From IMG/VR virus record IMGVR_UViG_3300017917_003053, positions 64,001 to 128,000 of that record: a stretch of 64,000 bases of DNA; one strand, 5' to 3'. Under the pieces are notes generated by a model. It was not told the DNA's origin, made no database searches, and saw only the letters and a list, made by a program, of their open reading frames with translations. Within the stretch, counting starts at the first letter, position 1. Each line of letters opens with the position of its first letter. The position numbers and the translations under genes were made by a program. The DNA is from a virus. Of the stretch, positions 31,901-43,400 are shown one piece after another.

Positions 31901-34526
31901 TCCAATTACCCGGTTCTTCCCATGCAAATTCTGTTGGTTCAAAAGAGTAATATAACTTTTGAGATCCTGATCGCAAATAGATGGGTTGGCCAGCGTCATT
32001 GGTGCCTATTTGTATTAATAATGGAGAGCCATTTGTTGCTCTAAATGGTTCATCATCTCTCCAAACTTGTGGAGATGGTACATTAACCATATATTTTTTA
32101 CCATAAAATTCATCACCAATCTTTTTAAAAAATGTCTGAAGATTGTTTATGATAGAATAAACCCGTTCATCGTTCAAAATAGATCCGTTAGGAGTAATTG
32201 ATACCGATTCACTACCATTTTGTTTAGTTGCTCCACTAATAGCATTAATGTTAAAATTTCTAGATAATCCAGAAACTAATCCCTTAATCCAAGGGTCTGA
32301 GAAGCTAGTATAAGGTGTTATAGCAGAAGCTGTTCCCGTAAAAATAATCGGACCAAGAACATGCTTCCAAATATCTATAGGAAATCCCGGTTTTAGAATA
32401 GAATTAAAGCAATCATATTTACTACCATCTTCTAACATGCCTGTAAGAAATCCCATGTAAGCATCCAAACCACTCATGGCTGCTCTAATTTCTGTTTCGC
32501 TAATTCTTACATAAAAATCAGAATTACTATACGATACTCCTATAGCAGCTCCTATCTCTGCTAAACTAAAATAAACTAAATATCCTACGCCACCACCGTC
32601 TGGAACGGATCCTAATCTAGCATTCATATTTTTATGATGATGACTTACTGGTCTAATATATCCAGTCAATGGATCATTACCAAAATAAGGACATATAGAA
32701 TCATGAATATATGAAGCGTATTCGTTGCCTCCGGGTAATGCAACATTATCTTGTCCAAGAGGCGTCACAAATGTTGTTTTTATATTGGGAATATAGTTGC
32801 CTACTGGCCTAGAGGTTCCTCCAAAAATACTAGCTTGTGTATTAAAAATTTGGGAATATATCTCTACTCTGCCAAAAGGTGTTGCTGGAGTTTGATATGC
32901 TGCTGAATAATGATCAGGATTTCTAATGTTGGTTGTATCAAAAAATCTGTAATACTGTAATACATTAGGATCATTAGCTGTTTGCGGATAATGGCTTACA
33001 TTCAAAAATGCATTTACATAAGCATTATATCTTAATGTGGACTGTTTTAGAGCATGTTTAAAATTAGCAACTTGATATAGTCTTTGCTGTTTACCGCCAA
33101 CAATAACTGTTCTGATCGGATCATTATTACCTAGTTCTTCTCCCTTAGAGTATGATGTAACCGATAGACCTTGATTGGCTATATCCGTAATAAATCCTTG
33201 AACAATATTATCCGGACTATTGGTGAGTGTATTGATGGAATTAATTTTTAGATATGGATAAATATTTTCTCCATCAATTTGCAATTGCATAGAAATAAAA
33301 ACAGATTGTCCAGTATTTTCTGCAATATTATTGATAAAAGTTAGTATATCCATCTTATTTTCTGATATGCGATAATTATATGGTATAATGCCATTATTAA
33401 TGATATCAGAAAAATCTAATCTGTATGGTATTAGATATAACTGGAGATTTAATTTGTTATAAGTAGCATATAATGACGGTTGTATAAGACCAAACCTGTA
33501 TTTTTCTTTACCTTCAGCCGATGACAATAAGAAAACATCGTTCAGTGTAGACTTAAATTTTGGTGGTTTACTGACAATTCTACCATATGGTGAATATCTT
33601 AATATCTTGTTTTTCTGATTAGTTATAGGAGCATCAGAGTTGATTAATCCATCTAATCCTGTTAAAACATTAATAGCAGTGATACCTTGTTCGCTGCGTC
33701 CAGATCTACCGTATGAATATAAAGAATCTGTGCCAGCAGGTTTGTTTCCATATTCATCGCAATGATCTTCTAAATATCCATATACATTAAAAAGATTGGG
33801 AACATTTTGTTCTGCGATAGCACCAATATAATTACCTTCTGACGCTTTGGGAAAACCAAACTCTGTGCCAAATTGAGACCCAGCAGATTTAGAAAAAACT
33901 GCTCCGTTATAATCTCCCAAAATCATTTGGGATTGAGTTAATAAAAATGATGGTGCTTCTATATTAATTGAATATGTTAAAGTTCCAGATGATCCTCCTG
34001 TTCTCTCCCAACTTTTGACAATACCATGAAATTCAAAATCGTCATATTTAAAATATACTGCACACCCTACTATATCCACACTTCTAGATAAATCTATATT
34101 TCCATATATATCTAAAATTTCTCCATAAAATCCAGGATCAGCATCATACCAATATCTGGATACTAATTTTCCATTATATGGAATATAATATACTTTTCCT
34201 GGAATTAAAGAATTACCATTTTCATCTTTTTCAAAAGTATTGCTTCTTCTTTTATTTGTATAATCGTCATATGCTGTAGGACCGGGTCTTAATACTGTAT
34301 TTCCATTAATATTTGTTAATTCTGGATATATACATTTATCTACTGCTATTTCTACAGATAATTTACTGGCTTCGGTTCCCCATGCTAATGAAGCATTAAA
34401 AGATCGTATGCTGCCTCCTAAGAATAGCGTCTGAGCATAAACTTTAGCACAACAAATATTGTATGTGGATGATGATCCACCATTTTTTCCTTCAACGTCA
34501 AAAGTTGTTTGACATATAGTTACCAT
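28935..34526 (-). CDS. Large tail-tip/baseplate hub-like protein (1863 aa)
   Basis: Lies downstream of the TMP. Beta-rich N-terminus (FLGGSIRSFNASLAWG, FEFHGIVKSW) and a CPIC...CDYC knuckle. Confidence 0.6.
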   Translation of the reverse strand: MVTICQTTFDVEGKNGGSSSTYNICCAKVYAQTLFLGGSIRSFNASLAWGTEASKLSVEIAVDKCIYPELTNINGNTVLRPGPTAYDDYTNKRRSNTFEKDENGNSLIPGKVYYIPYNGKLVSRYWYDADPGFYGEILDIYGNIDLSRSVDIVGCAVYFKYDDFEFHGIVKSWERTGGSSGTLTYSINIEAPSFLLTQSQMILGDYNGAVFSKSAGSQFGTEFGFPKASEGNYIGAIAEQNVPNLFNVYGYLEDHCDEYGNKPAGTDSLYSYGRSGRSEQGITAINVLTGLDGLINSDAPITNQKNKILRYSPYGRIVSKPPKFKSTLNDVFLLSSAEGKEKYRFGLIQPSLYATYNKLNLQLYLIPYRLDFSDIINNGIIPYNYRISENKMDILTFINNIAENTGQSVFISMQLQIDGENIYPYLKINSINTLTNSPDNIVQGFITDIANQGLSVTSYSKGEELGNNDPIRTVIVGGKQQRLYQVANFKHALKQSTLRYNAYVNAFLNVSHYPQTANDPNVLQYYRFFDTTNIRNPDHYSAAYQTPATPFGRVEIYSQIFNTQASIFGGTSRPVGNYIPNIKTTFVTPLGQDNVALPGGNEYASYIHDSICPYFGNDPLTGYIRPVSHHHKNMNARLGSVPDGGGVGYLVYFSLAEIGAAIGVSYSNSDFYVRISETEIRAAMSGLDAYMGFLTGMLEDGSKYDCFNSILKPGFPIDIWKHVLGPIIFTGTASAITPYTSFSDPWIKGLVSGLSRNFNINAISGATKQNGSESVSITPNGSILNDERVYSIINNLQTFFKKIGDEFYGKKYMVNVPSPQVWRDDEPFRATNGSPLLIQIGTNDAGQPIYLRSGSQKLYYSFEPTEFAWEEPGNWIDDSLRVGNSNLDPLLKEDGSIEPILGFNNTVQYNYSKELYKKLYDMSLETYANMQAIHMWKWDISRKFGATYGANPRVVSLSGDDSISLGFWEPALQLKDGESVVIPQPNKSLTDPFGTQVPISQGGVSKVYIKSSVQKEFETYLYNGQLYPKIIISVNQPVLINPINPESLSVQAAIADYFINEYNDTGSDVAINALANSMFRRPTAQEFSSANADNAVSQNKANKQFNNLSVAPKAAIPFFAGIPIIDNTSVYGPWVSAPDLLKNVIFPFDNDTIKNKKIETLIGGVKLEINSDFVPWKYGGMRVLDEIALLTVGQDNNYQQKLETGNLTIKGVPFINLGSELKAAGVVFRGPTVSNIQCQISDGGASTTYTFRTFTKKFTLFNKENADRIKQASEATLKLNKEFRESFNKISEILNGLATGTRVNGSWSTASDSILRSYSPANVLVGYSAPFYSRKMEPNGRMSFFPTPNNNNAQWSGNSIKQMTTVGIQEAREIVQEFDELYSTKAFMSLDGLLHPVSFYPTMLSSTTPYKPYVTTNDGKISGCPICRGTKQYTWFDKTLYCDYCSDIVAGQESDTSLASNGRLPPYILSDKADNTIIKDPNKLKQLLFSTTKGKKIDYVNLNPIIMPVGELRNKYAQDSDYTAHHIDIVGRSVVPPLGSLSINGNLNSDQNGFEYLDQNNSLCDGDWNSVAFDLATGRVGTSQSTVTMGNKKVEYFQNNHRFLALRGPLVMAGWGFDTDGFPVPNASGEPKSLNDNGYPLRIKDLKDQTGGYENYQGTILGKNQTWDAAKGQWTEPVKENNFYKGWGLRPDMWPVGPIDLRWDASRKVWTTPQPYGLVDIQLEDDLVPPFPARAFLNSADKKSPLANNLRRMVFVRDSTENYGAPRGAKLTCYYDEASGFYEPVSKQNIVALGTINSDGTATISNAYAKGFDAVTGQPETPEQIIIQFNNYLNYDISTNNQPGIFTFMKNEWILTSTNSCGG

Positions 34527-34545
34527 ATAAAGTCCTATTTAATTT

Positions 34546-36318
34546 TTAGAGATAACATGCTCCTGATGTATATACCCAAGTTACATCCCAACTAAATCTT
34601 CCTTCAAAAGGATTCCATGTTTGTGTATCACTAGTCTTGAATACCAATCCCATATTTGATATCGAATAAGATGATGTTGGAACTAGTGTTGCAAACGCAG
34701 TTGCTCCTATTGGTTTAAATGCATCCATAAGTTGTTTTAATTGTTGATATTCTGGTCTTGATACATTAATAACGCACTCTGGTGATTGTGGATGACTTGA
34801 TTTAAATCCTGTTGGAGTAGGATAAACAACTTCAATATTAACTTTTCTTTCAGATTTAGAATTGCCAACTTTCTCTAAAACCGGCCCAAGTGGTCTTCCT
34901 AAAACGAACGTTTCTGCCACAACATCAGTCTGCTTATTATCTGTAACAGTTAAGGTTGAACTTAACACACCGGATAACCATGATCCAGGCTTGTTATTAT
35001 AAGCTACAGAATATGTAATGGAACCAGCAATTGGATTTAAAGTTTCAGTATATGATAATGGGGTTATATTTAATGGTGAAATATTTTTTGGACCAATCCA
35101 TTGTACAGGTAATGATCTTCCTACTGGTGCGTTAGGAGATGGAACTGTGGACAATGCTGTAGATGCTCTTTGATATAAATAAGGCTTTACCCCGGACATA
35201 TAGCCATATAAAGCATTAACAAATTTATTATTAGTACTAGTTTGGGCTGGAAAAGATGTTAAAAATTCTTTACTAATATTTCCTGTCATTAAAGAGCTTG
35301 GGAATACCACATAACCCTCTGGAGCTTGTTCTAGTCCTTTAATAGTTCCATTTAATGTAACGGTTTTTAAGAATTTTTCATCTGTAGATATTTCCCATGT
35401 AAAATCTTCTGTGTATCTGACCCCTGTTCCTAGTGCTAACCATGTATCTGTGATACCATAAGAACCAGCTGAAACATTAGATTCAATGGTTCTCATATGG
35501 TTGTATAGTCTTAAACCATCAGTTGTTGTAGTATATGGCTGATTGGTTAATTGCACACCAGTTGGGTTTGGGTTGGCTGTTGCTGTCACAGCAGAGACAT
35601 AGGCTATATTTGCTCTATCTTTGACCCATTTGGATGCTTCTACAAATGCGGAACTTTTTAAAGCTGGATTTAATGGATTGTTAGGATTGCTTCTGTCAAT
35701 AGCCTTACCAACGGCACTTAATCTATGGGTAATTCTATATTGTAAAAAATTACGCATAGAAAAATCTTGTATTTTAATCTCTATGTCTGTTTGTGATGGT
35801 GGTTTGGATGTGTCTATTGAAGAGCTAGATTTAAAATCATATAAAGTAGTGTTTTGTTTATGCTCAAAGTAATATACTTCTTCCAATGGTTCTATAGTCC
35901 AACTATCATCGTAAGATTCTATCAGTGCGTTTCCTGTGGATGAGATACTTTCCAAACTTATAGTATATGGTAGTGTTACCGCCCAGTTGTTTTCACTCTT
36001 TGAAGCATTACTAGAAACAAAATATGTTCCTGAATAATTTGTCAATTGTAGATTATTACAAATAACTTCAAAAGTAGAATTTTGTTTAGCGGGATCTTTA
36101 AAGTATGATTCTATACCACTATATTGAGCCAAACAGTCACTTAAGCCTGATCCTATAAGCGTACCTTCTAACTGTAGTGTTGTTTTGTATGACAGAATAT
36201 TATTATCTATATCTCTATTTGCTGTTGTATCAATGGTTAATAGAGGTATTGGTCTGCCACTGTTAGGCGGATTGCTAAATAAACTTCCGCCATATCTTAT
36301 ATTAACGGCATTTGCCAT
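34546..36318 (-). CDS. Tail structural protein (distal tail/hub-like)
   Basis: Beta-strand-rich 590-aa ORF in the tail-tip cluster. Confidence 0.5.
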   Translation of the reverse strand: MANAVNIRYGGSLFSNPPNSGRPIPLLTIDTTANRDIDNNILSYKTTLQLEGTLIGSGLSDCLAQYSGIESYFKDPAKQNSTFEVICNNLQLTNYSGTYFVSSNASKSENNWAVTLPYTISLESISSTGNALIESYDDSWTIEPLEEVYYFEHKQNTTLYDFKSSSSIDTSKPPSQTDIEIKIQDFSMRNFLQYRITHRLSAVGKAIDRSNPNNPLNPALKSSAFVEASKWVKDRANIAYVSAVTATANPNPTGVQLTNQPYTTTTDGLRLYNHMRTIESNVSAGSYGITDTWLALGTGVRYTEDFTWEISTDEKFLKTVTLNGTIKGLEQAPEGYVVFPSSLMTGNISKEFLTSFPAQTSTNNKFVNALYGYMSGVKPYLYQRASTALSTVPSPNAPVGRSLPVQWIGPKNISPLNITPLSYTETLNPIAGSITYSVAYNNKPGSWLSGVLSSTLTVTDNKQTDVVAETFVLGRPLGPVLEKVGNSKSERKVNIEVVYPTPTGFKSSHPQSPECVINVSRPEYQQLKQLMDAFKPIGATAFATLVPTSSYSISNMGLVFKTSDTQTWNPFEGRFSWDVTWVYTSGACYL

Positions 36319-36340
36319 ATTAAATCCTTATCTTAAATTA

Positions 36341-37627
36341 TCAAGGTGATCTAAGAGCCAATCTCCAGTTCGACCCGTCATGTATAAATGATGCGGCTGG
36401 ATAGGATCCATCGAGAGTTGTTAATAATGGATCTAAAGTAGTAGAACCATTATATATATTAATCGAATAAGATGAGTCCGTATTGCGGATCATAAATTCA
36501 GCACCTTCCGAAACATTTAATAGTAAGAACACATCTCTGCTTGTTCCACCCGGATTCAAAAACTGATATTTGTCTGAAGTAATACCAAGATTTAAGTTAT
36601 CTGTCAAAGTTATTGTTGTTACTCTTACAGAAGCTGGAATAACGGTATTTGTGATAGTTATTGTATCTGTAGAATTGTTTGCGTCTATTGATATTCCTGG
36701 ACCAGCTTGAATATTCAATGTGTCTGTATTAGAATCGGCAGAAATAGTCACCCCACTAACAGCTACATTACTAAAAGCAACATTATTGGTGTTATCAGAT
36801 GTTAATTTGACAATTCTATTAGAACTATTCAAACCTAGAGGAACAGCATTGGTTGTACTATCTGTTGGGCATTGATTTTCAATAATACCAGATACTTTAA
36901 AAATACTATATGAATTATCCCATTTCAAACTATTAGATACATCAAATCTATTGGCTGATGAGTTATAGAAAAATACATTGCCTTCACTAGGAGTTAAAGT
37001 AGATAAGTCTACTCCTATACCTCCCTTATTCACACCAACAGCCCCTGAGATTTTTACAGGTGGTAGACTATTGTCCGTAAGATTGGACATAAATGCTGTT
37101 GATGTAATACCGTATACATTTTGATTTAAACTACTCCAGCCCATAATCTTAAATGATGATACGAAGCCAGTTGTCCAATCATTTACAGTTTGTATTCTAA
37201 CATCTCCACCAACATCTAGGGTTGCTAAGGCTTCTGTGGACTTATTAACATTTAATCTTCCTGTACTAGGATTCCAAGTTAAAGTATCATTGACAGCTTT
37301 TTCAATGGAATGATTACCGTTATTATTGTAATTAAAGTATATTAATGGTTTTGAATTGCCTACAGAAGGTGCTGTAACTCCATCAAAAGAATTATTTGTT
37401 CCGCCATATTTAGTTTTGAGAGCTTCTTCACTACTGCCGGGTAGTCCTAAACCGATGAATCTCCTAATTTCTCCATTACTTAATTTAATATATAATCTAC
37501 CATTATTGAATCCATTAGAAGCAGCACCTAATGTAGATGCATTAATAGCAATTTCTCCTTCTGTTATTTCAGAAGAAGATGGAGTTGTGTTGGTATTTAA
37601 GTTTGTTCTATGATAATATTTAGTCAT
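36341..37627 (-). CDS. Tail fibre-like protein
   Basis: EGEIAIN, ATLDVGGDVRI, VNKGGIG and NIQAGPGISI fibre motifs. Confidence 0.6.
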   Translation of the reverse strand: MTKYYHRTNLNTNTTPSSSEITEGEIAINASTLGAASNGFNNGRLYIKLSNGEIRRFIGLGLPGSSEEALKTKYGGTNNSFDGVTAPSVGNSKPLIYFNYNNNGNHSIEKAVNDTLTWNPSTGRLNVNKSTEALATLDVGGDVRIQTVNDWTTGFVSSFKIMGWSSLNQNVYGITSTAFMSNLTDNSLPPVKISGAVGVNKGGIGVDLSTLTPSEGNVFFYNSSANRFDVSNSLKWDNSYSIFKVSGIIENQCPTDSTTNAVPLGLNSSNRIVKLTSDNTNNVAFSNVAVSGVTISADSNTDTLNIQAGPGISIDANNSTDTITITNTVIPASVRVTTITLTDNLNLGITSDKYQFLNPGGTSRDVFLLLNVSEGAEFMIRNTDSSYSINIYNGSTTLDPLLTTLDGSYPAASFIHDGSNWRLALRSP

Positions 37628-37638
37628 TTTAAAACCTT

Positions 37639-40410
37639 TTAACTATCTGATGTTCCTGAAAAAGCCCCATAGCCAGCCACCATAGTATTTGTATATGCCA
37701 ATTTATTAGTATTTGTATCAAATACAGTCATCTTGATTGTATTTACTGTAGTAGTAGTTGGATATGATGTAGCATATGTTTGTTCTGATAATATAGACTC
37801 TGATACTCCTTGACTGATATATAATCCTGATGAAGTGATCGAGAATCTGTTTGGTGATGACGGACCACTATCATAGGATACTGTGAATCTATCATTGTTA
37901 TACTCTACATAATAATAAGCAGAACTAAATAGTCTAGTTGTTCCGGATACATGTAGGTTATAGTTTGGAGTAGTATTAATGCCGATTCTATTAAACTCAC
38001 TATCTGCTATAAACAGATTATCTGTACCAGATCCAAGTATATTAAATGCTTTACTTAGAGGAGCCTTATTATTGTTGATCAATACAGTACCTTGTCCTGT
38101 TGGAAATACTGTATTACTACTTCCTAAGTATAAACCACTATTTGCATTCCAATATACTCCAGTTGTTGATACTAGATTGGTTCCATCATAAACCAGCATT
38201 GCATTATTTGTCATAGATGAAGACAGTTTAGCAAGATTATTGGGTATGATGGACGATGGAGTTACAAATGTTAAATAGCCATTTGGTTGATATGTGGCTA
38301 TTGCTCCTGATACCGGAGCAGACGAAGTACCAGAATTAATAATAATATTTTGGACATATATATTATCTGTAGATAAAGTGCCGCTTACATCTAATGAGTA
38401 TGATCCAGGAATTTTGTTTAATCCAATGCCATTATTTCTAATAAAAATACCAGAATTTTTGGATGCCCCATAGATATCTATATTAGATAATAAACCAGAA
38501 TTAACTACAATGTTTGTAGACGTAACAGCTAATGCTGGATTATTGATACCAATAACAATATTATTACCAGAAGTTGATAGATTTTGTCCTATTGCTATTC
38601 CACTATTACCAAGAATAGTATTACTATTACCTACTGAAACTGAATAATTTCCATTGATGAGATCGTTATTACCTACACAGGTTGTGTTAACACCACTAAT
38701 AACATTAGAGTTACCTATTGATGTACTATAAATACCAGAAACTACAGATTGTAAACCTACTACAGTAGTCAAATCTTTAGCATTATTGTTCAGTCCTACT
38801 ATTGTTCCAGATGAACCCACAAAACTATTATTTGATCCTATGTTAGTGATATTTGTGCCGCTAACATATGTATTATGTCCTATATCAACCATATTGGTTC
38901 CGGACACATTAGATCCATTACCAAAAACAGATATGTTTGATCCAGTTACTGTATTTGTGCCTATAGTATAAAGTTGATTGCCAGATACAGTAGCAGAGTG
39001 TGCCGCTACTATATTTCCACTGCCAACAAGTCTACTAGAGTTACCAAGTACGATATTAGTGTTAGATGATGCTCCAGATATACTAGAATTATTTCCTCCG
39101 ATTAAATTATTGTATCCACTATTTATAACTCGATTACCAATTAGAATGTTATTGTTATCAGTGCTTTGTGTACCAAGACCTAAACTTATCTTAGTAGGAT
39201 GAACAGAAACAATGTTTGTAGATACGCCAGAAAGATCTACATTAAATAGTAGCTCTCCACTAGTACTATTGATAGTTGTGCCTAATATTCTACTCTTAAT
39301 TTGAGCATAGTTTACTTGTTGGGCGTTGCTATTTCTACCAGCTAAATTAATAATGGCTGGATAGTCGCCAATTTCTGATCCGTTGGTAGAATTATGATAT
39401 AGTGTGAGTTGTGTGCCGCTTGGACACTCAGAAGATGTTTCTAATCTTAGTGTTTCATTCGCACAGCGACCAACTAAATGTAAAATAGAGGAGGGGTTAT
39501 TAGTATTAAGACCAAGGCGACCTGTTGATGCGTCATAATAAAGTTGATTGACAGTTCCCGTACCTTTTACTTGAAAATCAGCATTATAAGCTTGGTTATT
39601 AATAACTATGTTTTGTCCAGAAATTGCTGGCAAAATTATATTGGCAGATGATACTGAGGAGCTTCCCACCAATAAGTTTTTGTTATCCCAATGAAGATTA
39701 TTTGTTCCAGCAAAATCAACCTCGTTGAGTTTAAATTGTATATTTCCAGATGCTCCTGCTGGTAATCCAGCACTATCTACTTGAAGTTGATTATTCAGTT
39801 CATACCAGCCTGATCCATCTGATACTATAGAGGTATATTTAGTCTCTGGAGTTAAAGTTAGAGTGGAAGAACCATCAATTAGTTGTGATCCAGATGCTGT
39901 TATAACTATATCATTAGTAGAACTATTTAAAGATCTAAAAGATAGTATTAGGTTTTTGTTGCCAGACGCAGAAGGTAGATTGACCACCACGTTGGATCCA
40001 CTGGCAACGATACCATATGTTGTTTGTACAGTATCTGCTGTGAATGTTGTATTTTTTAGTGTGAAATTATTACCACCATGATTTATTCTTTCTGCATCTA
40101 TCACAGCGGTCACACTTTTTGTACCTGTGCTTAAAGTGACCTTAGCATTATTATTAGAAGATTTATAAATAGTGGTTATGCTATCATATCCACCTCTAGC
40201 AAGAATAATCTGACCAGCATTATTGATAACCTTACCTAAACCATATTCCCATTCTTCAGCAGAACTGTGTCTTAAATAATATGGGACATACTTATCTAAT
40301 AAACTAGATAATGATGTATGATAAGCTAATGGTGATCCTAAAAGTAGATCATTTAATCCATCGCTACTGGTTGTATTGCCAACATTATTATCATAGTAAT
40401 ATACTGTCAT
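37639..40410 (-). CDS. Tail fibre/spike with beta-helix-like (YadA-like) repeats
   Basis: WEYGLG N-terminal motif, RLGLNT/RIGINT fibre motifs, and ~14-aa SGxNxxxIGxN repeats at ~38550-39150. Confidence 0.65.
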   Translation of the reverse strand: MTVYYYDNNVGNTTSSDGLNDLLLGSPLAYHTSLSSLLDKYVPYYLRHSSAEEWEYGLGKVINNAGQIILARGGYDSITTIYKSSNNNAKVTLSTGTKSVTAVIDAERINHGGNNFTLKNTTFTADTVQTTYGIVASGSNVVVNLPSASGNKNLILSFRSLNSSTNDIVITASGSQLIDGSSTLTLTPETKYTSIVSDGSGWYELNNQLQVDSAGLPAGASGNIQFKLNEVDFAGTNNLHWDNKNLLVGSSSVSSANIILPAISGQNIVINNQAYNADFQVKGTGTVNQLYYDASTGRLGLNTNNPSSILHLVGRCANETLRLETSSECPSGTQLTLYHNSTNGSEIGDYPAIINLAGRNSNAQQVNYAQIKSRILGTTINSTSGELLFNVDLSGVSTNIVSVHPTKISLGLGTQSTDNNNILIGNRVINSGYNNLIGGNNSSISGASSNTNIVLGNSSRLVGSGNIVAAHSATVSGNQLYTIGTNTVTGSNISVFGNGSNVSGTNMVDIGHNTYVSGTNITNIGSNNSFVGSSGTIVGLNNNAKDLTTVVGLQSVVSGIYSTSIGNSNVISGVNTTCVGNNDLINGNYSVSVGNSNTILGNSGIAIGQNLSTSGNNIVIGINNPALAVTSTNIVVNSGLLSNIDIYGASKNSGIFIRNNGIGLNKIPGSYSLDVSGTLSTDNIYVQNIIINSGTSSAPVSGAIATYQPNGYLTFVTPSSIIPNNLAKLSSSMTNNAMLVYDGTNLVSTTGVYWNANSGLYLGSSNTVFPTGQGTVLINNNKAPLSKAFNILGSGTDNLFIADSEFNRIGINTTPNYNLHVSGTTRLFSSAYYYVEYNNDRFTVSYDSGPSSPNRFSITSSGLYISQGVSESILSEQTYATSYPTTTTVNTIKMTVFDTNTNKLAYTNTMVAGYGAFSGTSDS

Positions 40411-40412
40411 AA

Positions 40413-43400
40413 TTAATACCCTTCGTTTTGTCTGCTCTTTTGATCAAATGCGTCTCTAATTGCTCTTTGAACCAGATTTCCTAATGGTCCATTCAGAACA
40501 TCAGCAAGTACTGAAGCTCCATTAATTGTAACATTCACAGGAATTGGTGATGGAACCTCCAATGTTACAGTTGATGGTATAGCATTTTGCAGTTGTTCGA
40601 TAAATCGGTCTAGTCTGTTACCAAGTGCCTCTATACTGACTGATGGATTGATCTGATTATTAGATACACCGTTTGTGCGAACCTGTGTTGGATCAGGACC
40701 GGTTTCAGAGAGATTGTTTAATTTTTTAACAGCATTCATAAATGCCAGATTAAGACTCTCTGCACCCTTCTTGAGAATATCCGATAAATAGGTCATATTT
40801 GAATCTAAGGCAGATGTTCCCTGTGTACCATCGGCCAAATATGCTACTCCACCCTTAGAATAATAACCGTTATTGATAGACTGTAATAAACCTAAATGTT
40901 TTTGAGAAGCTTGTCTATTAACTACAAATTCTCCTGGGCTTAACATAGCTGGAACTGTGTCTGTTCCTTTTGGTTGATATGGAACTATTGTTCCACCATT
41001 AGCATAAATTGTTCCTCCGCGTTTTCTATATTGAGCAGGAGATAGGGTTGGGTTATTAAATCTTCTTATTTTTTCTTGTTCATATGATCGTTTTGCCTGA
41101 TCTTTTTTATCTTGAGCTAAGAATGATGCTTCTTCTTTTCTCCAGTCTGCAAAAAACTTTAATTCATCTTGTGTAGGATTGGCTCCTTTTCTTCTGGCTT
41201 TTTCTTCTTCAAATCTTTTGCGAGCATCTTCTTTTGCCTTTTGAGCATCTTCTTTTTTCCAAATAGGATCCCAAGTTGATAATACCATCTTACTTTTTTG
41301 ATCGATATCTGCTTGATTTCTTCTTCTTTCCATCTCTTTATCATTTGCAACTCTTCTATCATTTAATGCTTTGTCTCTAGGAGTTTTGAAAGGAATATAA
41401 CTGCCACCTTCGACATAAATTACACCTCCTTTATTAAAATAACTACGATCAGGCAAACTACTTGGATTAAGAGCATCAAATACGGTGCTAGAATCTCTTC
41501 TCAATCCTTCTGGAGGAGGACCATTTTCAAATTTTGTTCCATCCCATTTCACTCCATTTTTAATAGTTCCCCATACTCTATTTATAGCTGTTATTTCTTC
41601 TGTAGCTCGTTTATTTTGTACTCCAAGTACCTCGGCTGGTAATAATCTTGTATTCTTACCATACTGCATTTTACCATCTTGAGTATTAAAGGTTGGAGCC
41701 CCTCTACCCAAGCGTATTCCAAGACTGGTATTATTTTGAACTTGTCTTAAATAATTTTCTCGTTTTGTAGCTTTTCTGTATAGTTCACCAATATTAGCTC
41801 CTTGATTAATTTTTGAAAAAATATCTTTTACCTTTTCTCTATCATTCAACGTAGTGTTAAATGCATCAGGACCAAATAAATTAGGAGCTTCCATCATTTG
41901 ATCTTGTAATTCTGCAACTAGTTTTTCTCCAAAGTTTTTACTTTGTTCTTGACCAACTAAATAATTAATTTTAGGAATAATTCTATCAATTCCTGGTTTG
42001 TACCCATTTACTTCCTCTTTAGCTCTTAAAGATGCTTCTCTAATATTTTGTACTCCAGAAATTTCTCCTACATAATCACCTCTGGGAGTTAAAATAACAT
42101 AGTCGCCTGGTTGTGCTTTTTTAAATGCTCTGTTGAATCTTTGAGAAACAATAGATCTTTGGAAGTTAAGAGGACTTGGATCTACTCCTCCGAGTCTTCC
42201 TCCATCAGCATAATATCCCGAATTGATAGCTTGTAGCACACCTAAATTATCTTTAGTAGATTTTGCATTCACCACAAACTCACCGGGACTAAGCATAGCA
42301 GGAATAGTGTCTGTGCCTTTTGGTTGAAAATTAATATATTTTCCATCAGCAGCATATACTATACCACCAGTGCTCAAAGCTCTAGAACCTTTTATAGTTT
42401 CTGATAATCTATTGAGATTTCTGCCCAATGCAGAAAATTGTTGGTTATTAGTAGTTTGATTTTTATCAATAGATGTATCTAATGATGGAATCTGATTATT
42501 TTTAGTACTTAGAGTAGTACTATTTATAGTTTGAGATAATCCTTTAACGCTGTCTATTTTATTACTTAAAACAGTTTGGTTGATCAGGCCGCTTCTAGCC
42601 ATATCTTGCTGTTTAGCTTTATCTGTTCGTTCTGATACTCCAGAAAGATCTGGTTGACCGCCAGCAGCAAGGTAATTAATTTTTCCTCCTCTGCTATTAT
42701 TAATTGCTGTTAATAAACTAAGATTATCTTTTGTAGATTTAGCATTAACAACAAATTCTCCTGGACTGAGCATGGCTGGTATAGTATCTGTTCCTTTGGG
42801 AACAAAATTGACATACTTACCATTTGCAGCATAGACTAAACCACCAGTAGCAAAACCTCTACCTCCTCCGCCCTGTGGAGCAGCACCTAATCTGATTGCT
42901 ACATCATTCATAGCCTTAACAAAAGCTTCTTGAGTTTTTGCTAAACTATCTAATATGCTTTTACCAACTTTTTCTAATAAATCTTTTTGAATATTTCTAT
43001 CATTTTCATTTTGCAGTCTAACTGCCTCTACCTGAGCATTTTTCAACTCGTCCATGCGAGCTTGTAAAGCCTTTAATACTGGATCATTCTTTGCTCTATC
43101 TTCTGGATTTTGTCTTAATGTTGCTAATAATTTTTGGAAGAAAGGATTTCTCTCTAGACCAGCGCCTTGAGCCCTTGCAAAATTTTCTAACAAGTCTGCT
43201 TTCATTACATCCAATTCTGGGCCGTCCACTCCAGCAATTTGAGTTAATTCGCCAAAGAGTCCTAAAGCTTTTTTGTTTTCATTGGCAAATGCTGTTTGAG
43301 CATCGCTCATGGCTTCTTGAGCTGTCTTTCCTTGTTGAATAGCCTGTACATATGCTTGTTGTGCTACCTGGGATTGTTGAATAGTAGTAATTTGTCCACT

